Assembly: GCF_004010195.1 (NCBI RefSeq)
Contig: NC_057720.1
Location: 25,100,736-25,164,735, forward strand
DNA length: 64,000 bases
From: Chiloscyllium plagiosum
Lineage: Eukaryota
Direction: 5' to 3'
A program made the position numbers and the translations under genes. Of the stretch, positions 14,571-26,933 are shown one piece after another. Below the pieces are notes generated by a model, which was not told the DNA's origin, searched no databases, and saw only the letters and a list, made by a program, of their open reading frames with translations. Positions within the stretch are counted from its first letter, which is position 1, and each line of letters opens with the position of its first letter.

Positions 14571-14829
14571 GTGTATTTAGAAGTTTACAGCAATCATATT
14601 ACATCAGCTCTCAAGACCTGCTTACAGCTATGGACTACTGTGAGGAATTGCTGCAGGAAATTGATATCACCACTTTTCTGCAAACACTTTGTGGACATAT
14701 CCGATCATTCCGTGAAAGTCATGACTTGCAGCGTTGGAGTGATCATGACTCCAACCCTACATTTGTGATTGGAGGAGTAGAACCTGAGGATGACCGGGTC
14801 CAGAGGGGAGTTCTTGCATCTACTTCAAG
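14571..14829 (+). CDS. SZT2: SZT2 coding exon 4
   Basis: cttcttaaAG acceptor; GVFRSLQQ...[29 protein letters not shown]...LASTS; donor AG|GTACTG. Confidence 0.92.
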
Positions 14830-15348
14830 GTACTGTCCTGTGTTTTTGGTTGTCACATATCTCCCAGCCAGCACATTTGGTATTTAGTAGCTGTCTGCTG
14901 ATAACAGGCGAGTAGTGTTAAGTTTAACGATCCTGCTTTATACTAGGCATTCAAACTTCTGATCAGGAACAAATAAGTTCATGTTGAGTTAAAAGTACAT
15001 GAGGAATTTCTTTTCTGTTGTGCGGTGCAGGCAATTGTAATTTATTTTCTGTTGTAATTATATTGTTTTAGTGATGATCCCATCAGAGGTGGACTAAATC
15101 ATTGATGAGATGCATTTAAAATATTGCTCATAGCTTTTATGCCTCCCCTTGGAAAAGATGTTAATGCTATGGAGAGGCTAAATGAGAGATTCGCTAAGAT
15201 CATAGAATCATACAGTATAGAGCAGACCATTCAGCCCAATGAGTCCACACCACTCCACTGAACAGCATCCCACACAGACCCACCTCCCCTTTCCCTATTC
15301 CTGTGACCTTGCATTTCCCATGGCTAACCCATGGCTGCCTGAACAATT

Positions 15349-16963
15349 GCTTTGTGCATGGGAAATCATGTCTCACAAACTTGATTGAGTTTTTTGAAGA
15401 AGTAACAAAGAAGATTGATGAGGGCAGAGTGGTAGATGTGATCTATGTGGACTTCAGTAAGGCATTTGACAAGGTTCCCCATGGGAGACTGATTAGCAAG
15501 GTTAGATCTCACTGAATACAGGGAGAACTAGCCATTTGGATACAGAACTGGCTCAAAGGTAGAAGACAGAGGGTGGTGGTGAAGGGTTGTTTTTCAGACT
15601 ATAGACCTGTGACCAGTGGAGTGCCACAAGGATCAGTGCTGGGTCCTCTACTTTTTGTCATTTACATAAATGATTTGGATGCGAGCATAAGAAGTACAGT
15701 TAGTAAGTTTGCAGATGACACCAAAATTGGAGGTGTAGTGGACAGCGAAGAAGGTTACTTCAGATTACAACAGGATCTGGACCAGATGGGCCAATAGGCT
15801 GAGAAGTGGCAGATGGAGTTTAATTCAAATAACTGCGAGGTGCTGCATTTTGGGAGAGCAAATCTTAGTAGGACTTATACACGTAATCGTAAGGTCCTAG
15901 GGAGTGTCGCTGAATAAAGAGACCTTGGAGGGCAGATTCATAGTTCCTTGAAAGTGGAGTTGCAGGTAGATAGGATAGTGAAAGCAGCGTTTGGTATGCT
16001 TTCCTTTATTGGTCAGAGTATTGAGTACAGGAGTTGGGAGGTCATGTTGCGGCTGTACAGGACATTGGTTAGGCCACTGTTGGAATATTGTGTGCAATTC
16101 TGATCTCCTTCCTATCAAAAGATATTGTGAAACTTGAAAGGGTTCAGAAAAGATTTACAAGGATGTTGCTGGGGTTGGAGGATTTGAGCTTTAGGGAGAG
16201 GCTGAACAATTTGTGGGCGGCACGGTGGCACAGTGGTTAGCACTGCTGCCTCACAGCGCCAGAGACCCGGGTTCAATTCCCGCCTCAGGTGACTGACTGT
16301 GTGGAGTTTGCACGTTCTCCCCGTGTCTGCGTGGGTTTCCTCCAGGTGCTCCGGTTTCCTCCCACAGTCCAAAGATGTGCAGGTCAGGTAAATTGGCCAT
16401 GCTAAATTGCCCGTAGTGTTAGGTAAGGGGCGAATGTAGGGGTATTGGTGGGTTGCGCTTCGGCGGGTCGGTGTGGACTTGTTGGGCCGAAGGGCCTGTT
16501 TCCACACTGTAAGTAATCTAATCTAAGTAATCTAATCTAATCTAAAAGCTGGGGCCTTTTTCCCTGGAGCATCAGAAACTGAGGGGTGACCTTATAGAGG
16601 TCTATAAACTCATGAGGGGTGTGGATTGGATAAATAGACAAAGTATTTTCCCTGGGGTGGATGAGTCCAGAACTGGAGGGCATAGGGTTAGGGTGAGAGG
16701 AGAAAGATATAAAAGAGACCTAAGGGGCAACCTTTTCACACACAGGTTGGTGCGTGTATGGAATAAGCTGCCAGAGGAAGCGGTGGTGGCTGGTACAATT
16801 GCAATATTTGAAAGGCATTTGGATGGGTATATGAATAGGAAGGGTTTAGAGGGATATGGGCCGGGTGCTGGCAGGTGGGACTAGATTTGGTTGGGATATC
16901 TGGTCGGCATGGACTCCTTGGACCGAAGGGTCTGTTTCCGTGCTGTACATCCCTATGACTCTA
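15349..16963 (+). mobile_element. CR1-type LINE (RT to 3' tail), interrupted by a SINE
   Basis: SCLTNLIEFFE...VDFSKAFDKVPHGRL; SGVPQGSVLGPLLFVIYINDL...KFADDTK; tail ctatgactcta. Confidence 0.92.
16215..16545 (+). mobile_element. Young tRNA-derived SINE (HE1-like)
   Basis: Head ggcggcacggtggcacagtggttagc with B box ggttcaattcc, CR1-like 3' hairpin (gggccgaagggcctgtttcc) and (TCTAA)n tail. Confidence 0.9.
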
Positions 16964-17270
16964 TAAACCTGGACATTATGGGCAATTTAGCATTGCCAAT
17001 CCATCTAATCTGCACATCTTTGGACTGTGGGAAGAAACAGGAGTACTTGGAGGAAACCCACACAGGCATGTGGAGAATGTGCAAACTCTGTACAGTTACC
17101 CGAGGCTGGAATTGAACCCGGGCCCCTTGCACTGTGTGGCAGTAGGCTAACCACTGAGCCACTGTACCACCCAGACATTCCCAGAGCTTTACTTAAGAGG
17201 AAAACTTGAGAAATGAAGGGCTTTTAATAATTGAACAAACAAAATTTTGAGAAGATCGTGTTTACATACT

Positions 17271-17583
17271 CACGGTGGCACAGTGGTTAGCACTGCTGCC
17301 TCACAGCGCCAGAGACCCGGGTTCAATTCCCGACTCAGGCGACTGACTGTGTGGAGTTTGCACGTTCTCCCCGTGTCTGCGTGGGTCTCCTCCAGGTGCT
17401 CCGGTTTCCTCCCACAGTCCAAAGATGTGCAGGTCAGGTAAATTGGCCATGCTAAATTGCCCGTAGTGTTAGGTAAGGGGTAAATGTAGGGGTATGGGTG
17501 GGTTATGTTTCGGCGGGTCAGTGTGGACTTGTTGGGCCGAAGGGCCTGTTTCCACACTGTAAGTAATCTAATCTAATCTAATC
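17271..17583 (+). mobile_element. Young tRNA-derived SINE (HE1-like)
   Basis: Near-identical to 16215-16545, with (TCTAA)n tail. Confidence 0.9.
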
Positions 17584-17775
17584 AAAATAAAAACCTATTT
17601 TCACTGCTCGTTAACTAGAGGCATAGGTTTAATGTAAAAAAAAAAATCCAAAGGGTAGTCGAAAACTGAAACACTCTGCTTATAATGTTGGTAAAGGCAG
17701 AAACCTCTATAACCTTTAAGAAGCAATTAGATGTGCACTTGCAATGCCAACACATACAAGGTTATGGTCAACTAG

Positions 17776-17984
17776 GCGAAAGTGAGGACTGCAGATGCTG
17801 GAGATTACAGTCAAGATTAGAGTGGTTCTGGAAAAGCACAGCAGGTCGGGCAGCACCTGAAGAGCAGGAAAATCGATGTTTCGGGCAGGAGCCCTTCATC
17901 AGGAATCCTGCCCGAAACATTGATTTTCCTGCTTCTCGGAAGCTGCCTGACCTGCCGTGCTTTTCCAGCACCACTCTAATCTTG
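17776..17984 (-). mobile_element. Palindromic Penelope-like insertion (family A) with hammerhead core
   Basis: Inverted arms about 17811-17890 and 17907-17984. Imperfect flanking repeat atacaagKttatgg. The - strand reads CTGATGAAGGGCTCCTGCCCGAAAC. Confidence 0.8.
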
Positions 17985-19164
17985 ATACAAGTTTATGGGC
18001 CAAGTACTGGAAAATTACATATAATGGTTAGGTAGTTATTCTTGACTGGCATGAGCATGATAGTCTGAAGGGTCCTTTTCTGTGCTGTACCTCTCCGACT
18101 CTTTGACCCTATCACCAAAAAAAATCAAGGAAAGGGTTAGAATTTTTTTTTGAAAGATTGAATTTCTGTGAATAGTGAGAGGGAATCCAAATGGCTTTTA
18201 TAAAGGGAACAGACAAATATTCATGAAAGAGAAGCAAGCATTGTAAAAGAGCAAGAAATGGAACAGAGCTTCTGGCTAATTCTTTAAGGGCAGTGGCAAA
18301 ATTGCAGGGTCGCCTTCTGGGATGTAAAATGTCATGGTTTAGGGATCGACTTCCAGAGAACAAGGTTAAAGGCTTTGCCACCAAATGAGGGGAAAGTTGC
18401 ATACAGTGAAAACCAGAATACAAATCTCCCATCAATTTATACCATATTTACTGAATAATACATGATACTTAGAAGGCATACCAATGGCATTCATTTGTCA
18501 TTATTGCATATCATTTTAGATTATTGAATTTAGCATTACATTTATAAAAGTTGAACCTAATTTCCTGATATTGGAATTGAACATCTAACTGTAATTCTCA
18601 CAGTTAAATTTAAATTTGGGATATGAACTTCTGAGTATTTATTCTTAATGAAGAACAGTGTTTAGAGAGCGTCAGATAGGTTGGAAATTTATTTTAATGA
18701 ATTCTGAGAATGATTCGCTTTAGTTATTTGTTTATCACTATATTAACATGATTGAAAAATGCTTATTCATTTAAACATTTACTGCCGAGAAAAGATAATA
18801 TTGGAGAAATATGAAAGCAATTATCAAGTTGCTGTTGAATCTTCAAATTGCCTTCCCCATGCAATATGTACCAATTTAATTTTTAGATTCATTTGTTTCT
18901 TTTTTTCAAACCTCATTTCTCAATTGGAGAAGATGAAAACTTAAAGTCCCATGTTGTCCAAACGTGAACAAAAGAACTGAACTCATGTGTTAAGGCGAGA
19001 ATGACTGCCCTTGACATTCATACAATATTTGGCTGGGAATAGCTTTAAGACCACCCAGCAAATTTGAAGTCAGTGGAAATCAGAGGGAAAATTCCACTGG
19101 TTGAAATTATACCTCGCCCAAAAGAAGGTGGTTGGCTAACTAAGAGAATGCAAAAAAGTTTGAG

Positions 19165-20090
19165 ATCAAGTGGGCATTTTCAGGATGGCAGCCAGTAACT
19201 AGTGGAGTGCCACAAGGATCCGTGCTGAGGCCATAGTTGTTCACAATAAGTATTAATGACTTGGATGAAGGAAGCGAATGTACAATTGCCAAGTTTGTAA
19301 ACGATGCAAAAAATGGATGGGAAGGGAAGTGGTGAGGACGATACAAAGAGTCGATGGAAGAATATAGACAAGTTAAGTGAGTGGGCAAAATTTGGCAAAT
19401 CAAATATGATGTGGGCAAATGTAAGGTTATACAAAAATGGAGCAGTTCAACATTATTTAAATGGAGAAAGGCCGCAGAACACTACAAAATAGAGATTATG
19501 GGGTTCTAATGCATAAGTCACAGAAAGCTGGCATCCAAGTCCAGCAGGTAGCAAGGAAGGCAACTGGAATCTTGGCCGTTAATTCGAAGGGAATGTAGCA
19601 TAAGAGTAAGGAAGTTTTGATAGAACTATACAAAGCATTGGTCAGAACACACCTGGAATTCTATGAACAGTTTTGGGCCCCGTATCTAAGGAATGGTATA
19701 CTGCCATTGGAGGAATCCAGAGAAGGTTAATTAAGAAGGATTTTCTTACGAGGAGAGATTGAGTAGGTTGAGGAATGAGAGGTAGCCTTCCTGAAGATTT
19801 TTAGAAGCTTGACAGATTAAATGTAAAGAGGTTGTTTCCCCTTGTGGGAAAGTCCAGGATCAGAGGGCATAATCTCAGAGTAATGGGTCGCACAGATGAG
19901 GAGGAGTTGATTTTCAGAAAGTGGAGACTGTGTGTAATTCTTTAACACAGACAACTGTAGAGGCTGGTCATTAACAATATTTCAGATTAAGATAGAAAGT
20001 GGAGTTGACAATTGTCAGATGTGCCATGATTTGAAGGAATGGTGGAGCAGACTCGGTTGGTCCAATGGTCTACATCTGCTCCTACATCTT
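19165..20090 (+). mobile_element. Old CR1-type LINE
   Basis: Degenerate TSGVPQGSVL...INDLD...KF..D.K motifs and a diverged 3' end. Confidence 0.75.
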
Positions 20091-20119
20091 ATGGCCATTT
20101 GGTTCTGTTACTTAATGCC

Positions 20120-21398
20120 CACAATGATGATTCATCTGAAGTTTTTATACGTACTAATATATTTGAAAGTAAAAAATAACTTTCTATTTAAAATCACTGA
20201 AATATTTCCACAGCCATTTCATTAAACTTGTATTCTTCAAGAACCATGTTGATGTGAGCTTTCAAAAACAAATTGGAAAGAATATAAAATGAAACAATTT
20301 TGACAGACCCTCCCAAAACCACAGTCCAACCACGTCATAGCAAAGCCACAGACCTTAGACTGATTGATTTTTGAATGTCTACAACCTTCTGAGTGAAGGC
20401 ATTTCTCCTCCTCTATCTTGTGGCCCTTTATCCTGAGACTGTAACTGCTAGTCCCAATCTCTCCAGCTAGGGGAAGCATATTTACGTTGTCAAGACTTCC
20501 AGGATTTTGATGCACCATATTTTTAACATAAATTTTGTTCTTCCCACTTTGTCAGTTTCAGTTCCTTTCTCTATGCTGAGAGCTGCTAATTGGCAACTGT
20601 ACATTCCTCTGTTGTTGGTTTGTCTTGGTTTCAATGATGCTTTATTTTATCAAAAATATGACTTAGAAGAAGGAAGACTCGCACCTAATTCAAAATGCCT
20701 GAGTGAATTTATTTTCCTTGTGCTTCAAGTGAACTTCTTATTTATTTAGATTAGATTACTTACAGATTACTTAGTGTGGAAACAGGCCCTTCAGCCCAAC
20801 AAGTCCACACTGACCCGCCAAAGCGCAACCCACCCAGACCTATTCCCCTACACCTAACGTTACGGGCAATTTAGCATGGCAATTCACCTAACCTGCACAT
20901 TTTTGAACTGTGGGAGGAAACCGGAGCACCCAGAGGAAACCCACGCAGACGCAGGGAGAATGTGCAAACTCCACACAGTCAGTCGCCTGGGGTGGGAATT
21001 GAACCCAGGTCTCTGGCACTGTGAGGCAGCAGTGTTAACCACTGTGCCACCGTGCCACCCACACTGTGCCACCGTGCCGCACATTTATGAAAACAAACTT
21101 AGCTAAAGAATAAAATTATGGTACACAGGGCAATACTCTGTCAAATACACTTAAAATATTTATTTCAATCATAATGAAAGGTGTGGTAAGAAATTCAAAA
21201 CCATTCGTGTTGTTTTCTGTCAAAATTGTTTCATTTTAAATTCTTTCCATTTTGTTTTAGAAAACTCATCAACAATACAATTTTAACAAAGTGCCTGTAG
21301 AAATATTTCAGTGGTTTTAAAATAGAAAATGAAATCTTCATTTTTTGACTTTCAAATATATTACTACGTATAAAAACGTCCAGTGAATCATCATTGTG
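20120..21398. repeat. Long AT-rich inverted repeat (arms 20120-20307 and 21216-21398)
   Basis: cacaatgatgattca...gaaacaattttgacaga is the imperfect reverse complement of tctgtcaaaattgtttc...tgaatcatcattgtg. Confidence 0.75.
20746..21080 (-). mobile_element. tRNA-derived SINE (HE1-like)
   Basis: Reverse complement of the 16215 family. Starts with ttagattagattact; the head segment cactgtgccaccgtgcc is locally duplicated. Confidence 0.88.
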
Positions 21399-21947
21399 AC
21401 AAGGGGTTCCTCATGATAGACTGGCTAGCAAAGTTAGATCATATGGAATACAGGGAGAACTAGCCATTTAGATACAACACTGGCTTGAAAAAAGAAGACA
21501 CAGGATGGTGGTGGATGGTTGCTTTTCAGACTGGAGGCCTGTGGCCAGTGGTATACCGTAAGGATTGGTGCTGGGTCTATTGCTTTTCATCATTTACATA
21601 AATTATTTGGATATTAACATAGGAGGTATAGTTAGTAAGTTTGCAGATGACACTAAAATTGGAGGTGTGGACAGCGAAGCAGGTTACCTCAGATTACAAT
21701 GGGATCTTGATCAGATGGGTCAATGGGCCAAGGAGTGGCAGGTGGAGTTTATTTAGACAAACGTGAGATGCTGCATTTTGGAAAGGCAAATCAGGGGTGG
21801 ACTTATACATTTAATGGTAAGGTTCTGGAGCGTGTTGCTGAACAAAGAAGCCTTGGAGTGCATGTTCATAGTTCCTTGAAAGTGGATGTACAGGTAGATA
21901 GAATAGTGAAGAAGGCATTTGGTATACTTGCCTTTATTGGTCAGAGC

Positions 21948-22172
21948 TAGATTAGAGTGGTGCTAGAAAAGCACAGCAGTTCAGGCTGCATCCGAGGGGC
22001 AGGAAAATCGACGTTTCGGGGCAAAAGCCCGAAAAGCTTGATGAAGCTTTTGCCCGAAACGTTGATTTTCCTGCTCCTTGGATGCAGCCTGAACTGCTGT
22101 GCTTTTCCAGGCTTTTCCAGCACCACTCTAATCCAGAATCTGGTTTCCAGCATCTGCAGTCATTGTTTTTAT
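21948..22172 (+). mobile_element. Palindromic Penelope-like insertion (family A)
   Basis: 16-bp TSD ctttattggtcagagc (21932-21947 and 22173-22188). Inverted arms; rearranged hammerhead region. Confidence 0.85.
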
Positions 22173-22211
22173 CTTTATTGGTCAGAGCATTGAGTATGCA
22201 TGTTGGGAGGT

Positions 22212-22271
22212 AAAAACACTGACTGCAGATGCCTGAACTGCTGTGCTCTTCCAGCACCACTAATCCAGATA
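22212..22271. mobile_element. 60-bp rearranged family-A PLE micro-insertion
   Basis: 13-bp TSD catgttgggaggt (22199-22211 and 22272-22284). Content is reversed PLE terminus joined to forward PLE subterminal sequence. Confidence 0.75.
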
Positions 22272-23021
22272 CATGTTGGGAGGTCATGTTGCAGCTGTAC
22301 AGGACATTGTTTAGACCACTTTTGGAATACTGTGTGCAGTTCTGGTCTCGCTCCTATCGGAAGGATATTGTGAAACTTGAAAGAGTTCAGAAAATATGTA
22401 CAAGGAAGTTGCCAGGGTTGGATGATTTGATCTATAGGGAGAGGCTGAAAAAGCTGGAACTGTTTTCCCTGGAATGTTGGAGGCTGAGGGATGACCTTAT
22501 AGAGGTTTATAAAATCATGAAGGGCATGGATAGGGTAAATAGACAAGGTCTTTTCCTTGTGGTGGAGGAGTCCATAACTAGACGATATAGGTTTAGGGTG
22601 AGAGGGGAAAGATTTAAAAGTGACCTAAGGGGCATTTTTTTCATGCAGAGGGTGTGCGTGTATGGAATGAGCTGCCAGTGGAAATAGTGGAGGCTGGTAC
22701 AATTACAACATTTAAAAGGCATCTGGATGGGTGTATGAATAGGAAGGATTTAGAAGGATATGGGCCATGTGCTGGTAAATGGGACTTGACTAATTTTAGG
22801 ATATCTGGTCAGCATGGATGAGTTGGACTGAAAGGTCTGTTTCCCTGCTATACATCTCTGACTCTAACAGTTGTGAAGGCCTGAAAGTAATTGAATGTCA
22901 GCAACAGTAACTCTTAAAAAGACTGTTAGGTGAAAGAGCATGGTGATTACTTTCTCTGTGCTTTAAGGTAACTAGCAAAGAAATCAGAGGAAGTATTCAA
23001 TGGAATGCAAAATTCTATGTG

Positions 23022-23218
23022 ACATAGAACATAGAAGAATACAGCGCAGTACAGGCCCTTCGGCCCTCGATGTTGCGCCGATCCAAGCCCACCTAACCTA
23101 CACTAGCCCACTATCCTCCATATGCCTATCCAATGCCCGCTTAAATGCCCATAATGAGGGAGAGTCCACCACTGCTACTGGCAGGGCATTCCATGAACTC
23201 ACAACTTGCTGAGTAAAG
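23022..23218 (-). mobile_element. LINE 3' end, second CR1-like tail type
   Basis: Reverse complement ends ...gagggccgaagggcctgtactgcgctgtattcttctatgttctatg; related to 35330-35413 and 36736-36862. Confidence 0.7.
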
Positions 23219-23295
23219 ACCTTCCCCTCTCAGTTGTAATTTCAGTTCCTGAGGTTTTCTGCAGAAATTATTATTAAAGAAGTATTTTGAAAGTC

Positions 23296-24007
23296 AGTTT
23301 TGAGAAGATTTGTAGCTCAGGTTGAGGTTCCGGATGTAAGTTTGCTCACTGAGCTGGAAGGTTCGTTTTCATACGTTTCGTCACCGTACTAGGTAACATC
23401 ATCATGAGCCTCCCGTGAAGCACTAGTGTCAGTGACCCACTTTCTATTTAGTGTTTAGGTTTCCTTGGGTTGGTGATGCAATTTCCTGTGTTGATGTCAT
23501 TTCCTGTTCTTCTGAAAAGGGACAGGGAATGACATTACCACATCTGAGAGAAATAACAAGAAATGACATGGAAAAATGATGTCAAATGGCATCACCTCAA
23601 GAACTGACATCACCACAGGATATGACATCACCAGCCCAAGGAAACCTAAACACAAATAGAAAGCAGGTCACTAACAGCAGTGAGCAAAAGTGTAGACTGC
23701 AGATGTTGGAGATCAGAGTTGAGAATGTGGAGCTGGAAAAGCACAGTCGGTCAACCAGCATCTGAGGAGTAGGCAAGTCGATGTTTTGGGCAAAAACCCT
23801 TCATCAGCAAGGTTTCTGATGAAGGGCTTTTGCCCGAAACATCGATTCTTCTGCCTCTCGGATGCTGCCTGACCTGCAGTGCTTTTCCAGCACCACACCT
23901 TTGACACTAACATCGATGCTTCACCAGATGCTCACTGATGATGTTACCTAGTATGGTGACAAAACGTCTGAAAATGAACCTTCCAGCTCAGCGAGCAAAC
24001 TTACATC
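23296..24007. mobile_element. Palindromic Penelope-like element (family B)
   Basis: Left arm (gatgtaagtttgctcactgagctggaaggttc...) is the reverse complement of the right arm ending at 24007. Same termini as the GIY-YIG-bearing copy at 57981. Confidence 0.8.
23683..23904. mobile_element. Family-A palindromic PLE nested in the family-B element
   Basis: Flanked by cactaaca at 23669-23676 and 23905-23912. Back-to-back hammerhead cores at about 23779-23843. Confidence 0.8.
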
Positions 24008-25666
24008 TAAATATTTTGATCCTGAGTAATTTACAAGCAAAATATTTTGTGTGCTTTTAATTATAAAATATTTCTGCATGTCTTAGCATAGCTATCGTAG
24101 AGTTATATAGATCTTCAAACACAGCAGTACACCAATCTTTGCTGCCATTTACACTTCATGGGAGCCTGTTGCCAGATCTCTCTCTATAACCTACCAGCAT
24201 GTCCTTTTATTGTTTTCTTCATTATGTACTTACATAGTTTTGCCTTAAATATGCCCTTTGCCTCAACCACTATTTGTTTTAGCAGACTCCACAATCTTAC
24301 TATCCTTTGGGTAAAATGATTTCTCCTGAATTGCTTGTTGGGTTTATTGGAAACTATTTCATATGATCACCTCTAGGTTTGGTCTCTCCATAACTAGAAA
24401 CATTATCTCTGTCTTCCTTATTATTTCCTTTCATAATCTTAAAGCCTTTGATATTTTTATTAAACTACCTGTGACTTAGCTCACCTTTCTCCATAATTTC
24501 ACTGAAATTTGATTTTGGATGTTAGGGATCATCTAATTTTCTTTCATAAAAAGTTTTTATATAAAACTGTTAGCAGATCAAAATCCCCCTGTCTCCTTGC
24601 TGGCCTTGGAAGTTGGTTCGTGCTAGCAGAACAATTTTAAATTGCCATATGTAAATTTGATTGAAGCAATTATCTGTATAGAAAGACAATGAAATTGCCG
24701 GCAGCTGCTGTGAGTTGAATTATATTGCTTCATAAAACTCAGCTGGGAGTTGCATACCCTGTGAATACACTTCTGATCCTAAACTCTTAAAGTGATAAAT
24801 GACCATTAACTAAACAATCATGTCCATTCATTAAGCTGACGTGATCTGGGTTGCTGCAGCTTTATCGTATCTGGTAAACTGGAATTCTTTCTTTGTAAAA
24901 TTTTCTGAATCATTTTGAATGCAGATTTGTTGTTCCCAACACAAGGTGGATTTGTGCATTGGGAGGGTACCAGTTCGTGACTGAGATTAAATATGTGAGA
25001 AGAAATTCTCATAGTGAGAATGTTCTTTGACCCTATATGACAGTAATCGCATTGTGAGTTGAAGTAGTGATTAATCATACTGATTTTCTTTTAGTTATGG
25101 ATTCCATGTCAGTCTTGCTAAGCAAAATAAAATGGCTGTGGATTCCTGAGAAATTTTTGTAATTAGTCAATAATCTTTTTCAAGTTACCACCAATGACGC
25201 CAGTTTGTATTCATATAGCGACATTAATGTAATAAGATGTCTTCAAAGTGCTTCACAAAACCAGTATGAGCAAAATATGACACTAATTAACACATGAGAT
25301 ACAATATTGGGGAGGATGTAAGCTTGGTCAAAATATATAGATGTTCAGGACCATCAAAAAGGAGGAAAGAGAAGCAGAGAGGTAGGTTTCCAGAGGGTAT
25401 TGCAAAGCCCCAAAACTAAACAGACAGCTATTAGTGCTGGAGCAAGTAATATCAGGGAATTTCAATCATGCTGGGAGAGATTACAGAGATAAGGTGTAAG
25501 TAATGGAATAACTTGAGAATTTCAAAATTGAAGCATTGCTTAACCGGGAATCAACTTAGGTCAGTGTGTGAAGGTGTGATGAATGAAGATTTGGTACAAA
25601 TTAGTGTACAGGTAGGAAAGTTTTGGATGATCTCACCTGCCTTAATATATCACTTCTAATAGCGTC

Positions 25667-25985
25667 GTAGAGATATACTACATGGAAACATACCCTTTGG
25701 TCCAACTCGTCCATGCTGACCAGATATTCTAAATTAATCTAATCCCAATTGCCATTACTTGGCCCATATCCCTTCAAACCCTTCCAATTCATATACCCAT
25801 CCAGATGCCTTTTAACTGTTATAATTGTACCAGCCTTCACCACTTCCTCTGGCAGCTCATTCCATATGCACACCACCTTCTGTGGGAAAATGTTGCCCCT
25901 TAGGTTCCTTTTAAATCTTTCCCCTCTCACCCTAAACTTATGTAATCTAGTTCTGGATTCCCCCAAACCAGGGAAAAGACCTTGC
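25667..25985 (-). mobile_element. CR1-type LINE 3' fragment
   Basis: Minus-strand ORF FRVRGERFK...WNELPEEVV plus the reverse-complemented tail. Confidence 0.85.
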
Positions 25986-26221
25986 CAAACATTTAAAAGA
26001 AATCCAACAGACACCATTACCAGATGTATTTTGCATATTTTTGTGGGGAATGGATAAGCCAGACAGCTTTTGGAGCGTATTGTATAAAACTGATTACTAG
26101 ATTTAATACTTGCAGTGACTGGAAATGTATTTCATCTCTGATCATATACGATATCATATAAATAGCGTATTATTTGATTTTACCTTCTAAGGTCACTGAT
26201 GTTTTTCTGTTCTGTTACCAG

Positions 26222-26396
26222 TATAGAGACTGAAGACCTCAGTGAACAAGATTTGAAGAGTGTACAATCCAGTGTTGCGTCTCCAGTGACACACGAAGAA
26301 CCAAAAGCGAAGAAGATCTGTCTGGAATTTCCTCTATCATTTCTTCAGTCCAGCCAACATTGTGAGGTCTACCCCAACTTGCATAAAATCATTCAG
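26222..26396 (+). CDS. SZT2: SZT2 coding exon 5
   Basis: ttaccAG acceptor; SIETEDLSEQD...CEVYPNLHKIIQ; donor CAG|GTATTG. Confidence 0.88.
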
Positions 26397-26840
26397 GTAT
26401 TGCAGTGAGTTTTAGCAGCTATTTTTATTTATCAATGAACAGACAATTGCACAAACATTAGAAAAATAAGGGTGGAATAGAGTGTGTGGCCATTCTTAAG
26501 GATACAGCATTCAGGTATAAATCTTGAAGAAAAAAACGAGGTGAATTATATATATGAAAAACGTTAAAGGCATGATATAAAATTAGGTGAGGCATTATGC
26601 AATTGATTGTGTTCAGCAAATCTGCATTAACTAAACTTCAGTGTTGGAGTGAAGATTTTATTAGATTTTAACCTTTAACTTCTGTTTATCTCTGACTTTG
26701 TTCACTTAATGATTCTTTAGTTCACAAATTATTTGATGAACATTTAAAATTAAAAGCAGTAACTGATGAAATGATCTACATAATTACATATTCATGTAAA
26801 CCTCTGTTTTGACTCTTTGCTTTGAAATTTGTCTTTTCAG

Positions 26841-26933
26841 GACAAATTCCTTGAGATTGGACGGCAACATTTCAAGACTGTGCCTTCAAATCCTTATTAT
26901 TTCTTTTACTGTCCGCCCTCAGCGAAGCGAGAG
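26841..26933 (+). CDS. SZT2: SZT2 coding exon 6
   Basis: cttttcAG acceptor; [31 protein letters not shown]; donor GAG|GTAAGT. Confidence 0.93.

Larger units (their letters stand above)
15200..17172 (-). mobile_element. Older SINE split in two (about 15200-15345 and 16966-17172) by a CR1 insertion
   Basis: Reverse-complement tail half precedes the LINE; reverse-complement body and tRNA head resume right after the LINE tail. Confidence 0.7.
21398..22866 (+). mobile_element. CR1-type LINE carrying two PLE insertions
   Basis: VSKFADDTKIGG, LYRTLFRPLLEYCVQFWS and the shared 3' tail. Confidence 0.9.

Noticed and set aside
16215..16290. tRNA-like sequence with A/B boxes (also at 17271, about 21000 and 49770)
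   Set aside because: SINE head continuous with the SINE body and tail; not a tRNA gene.
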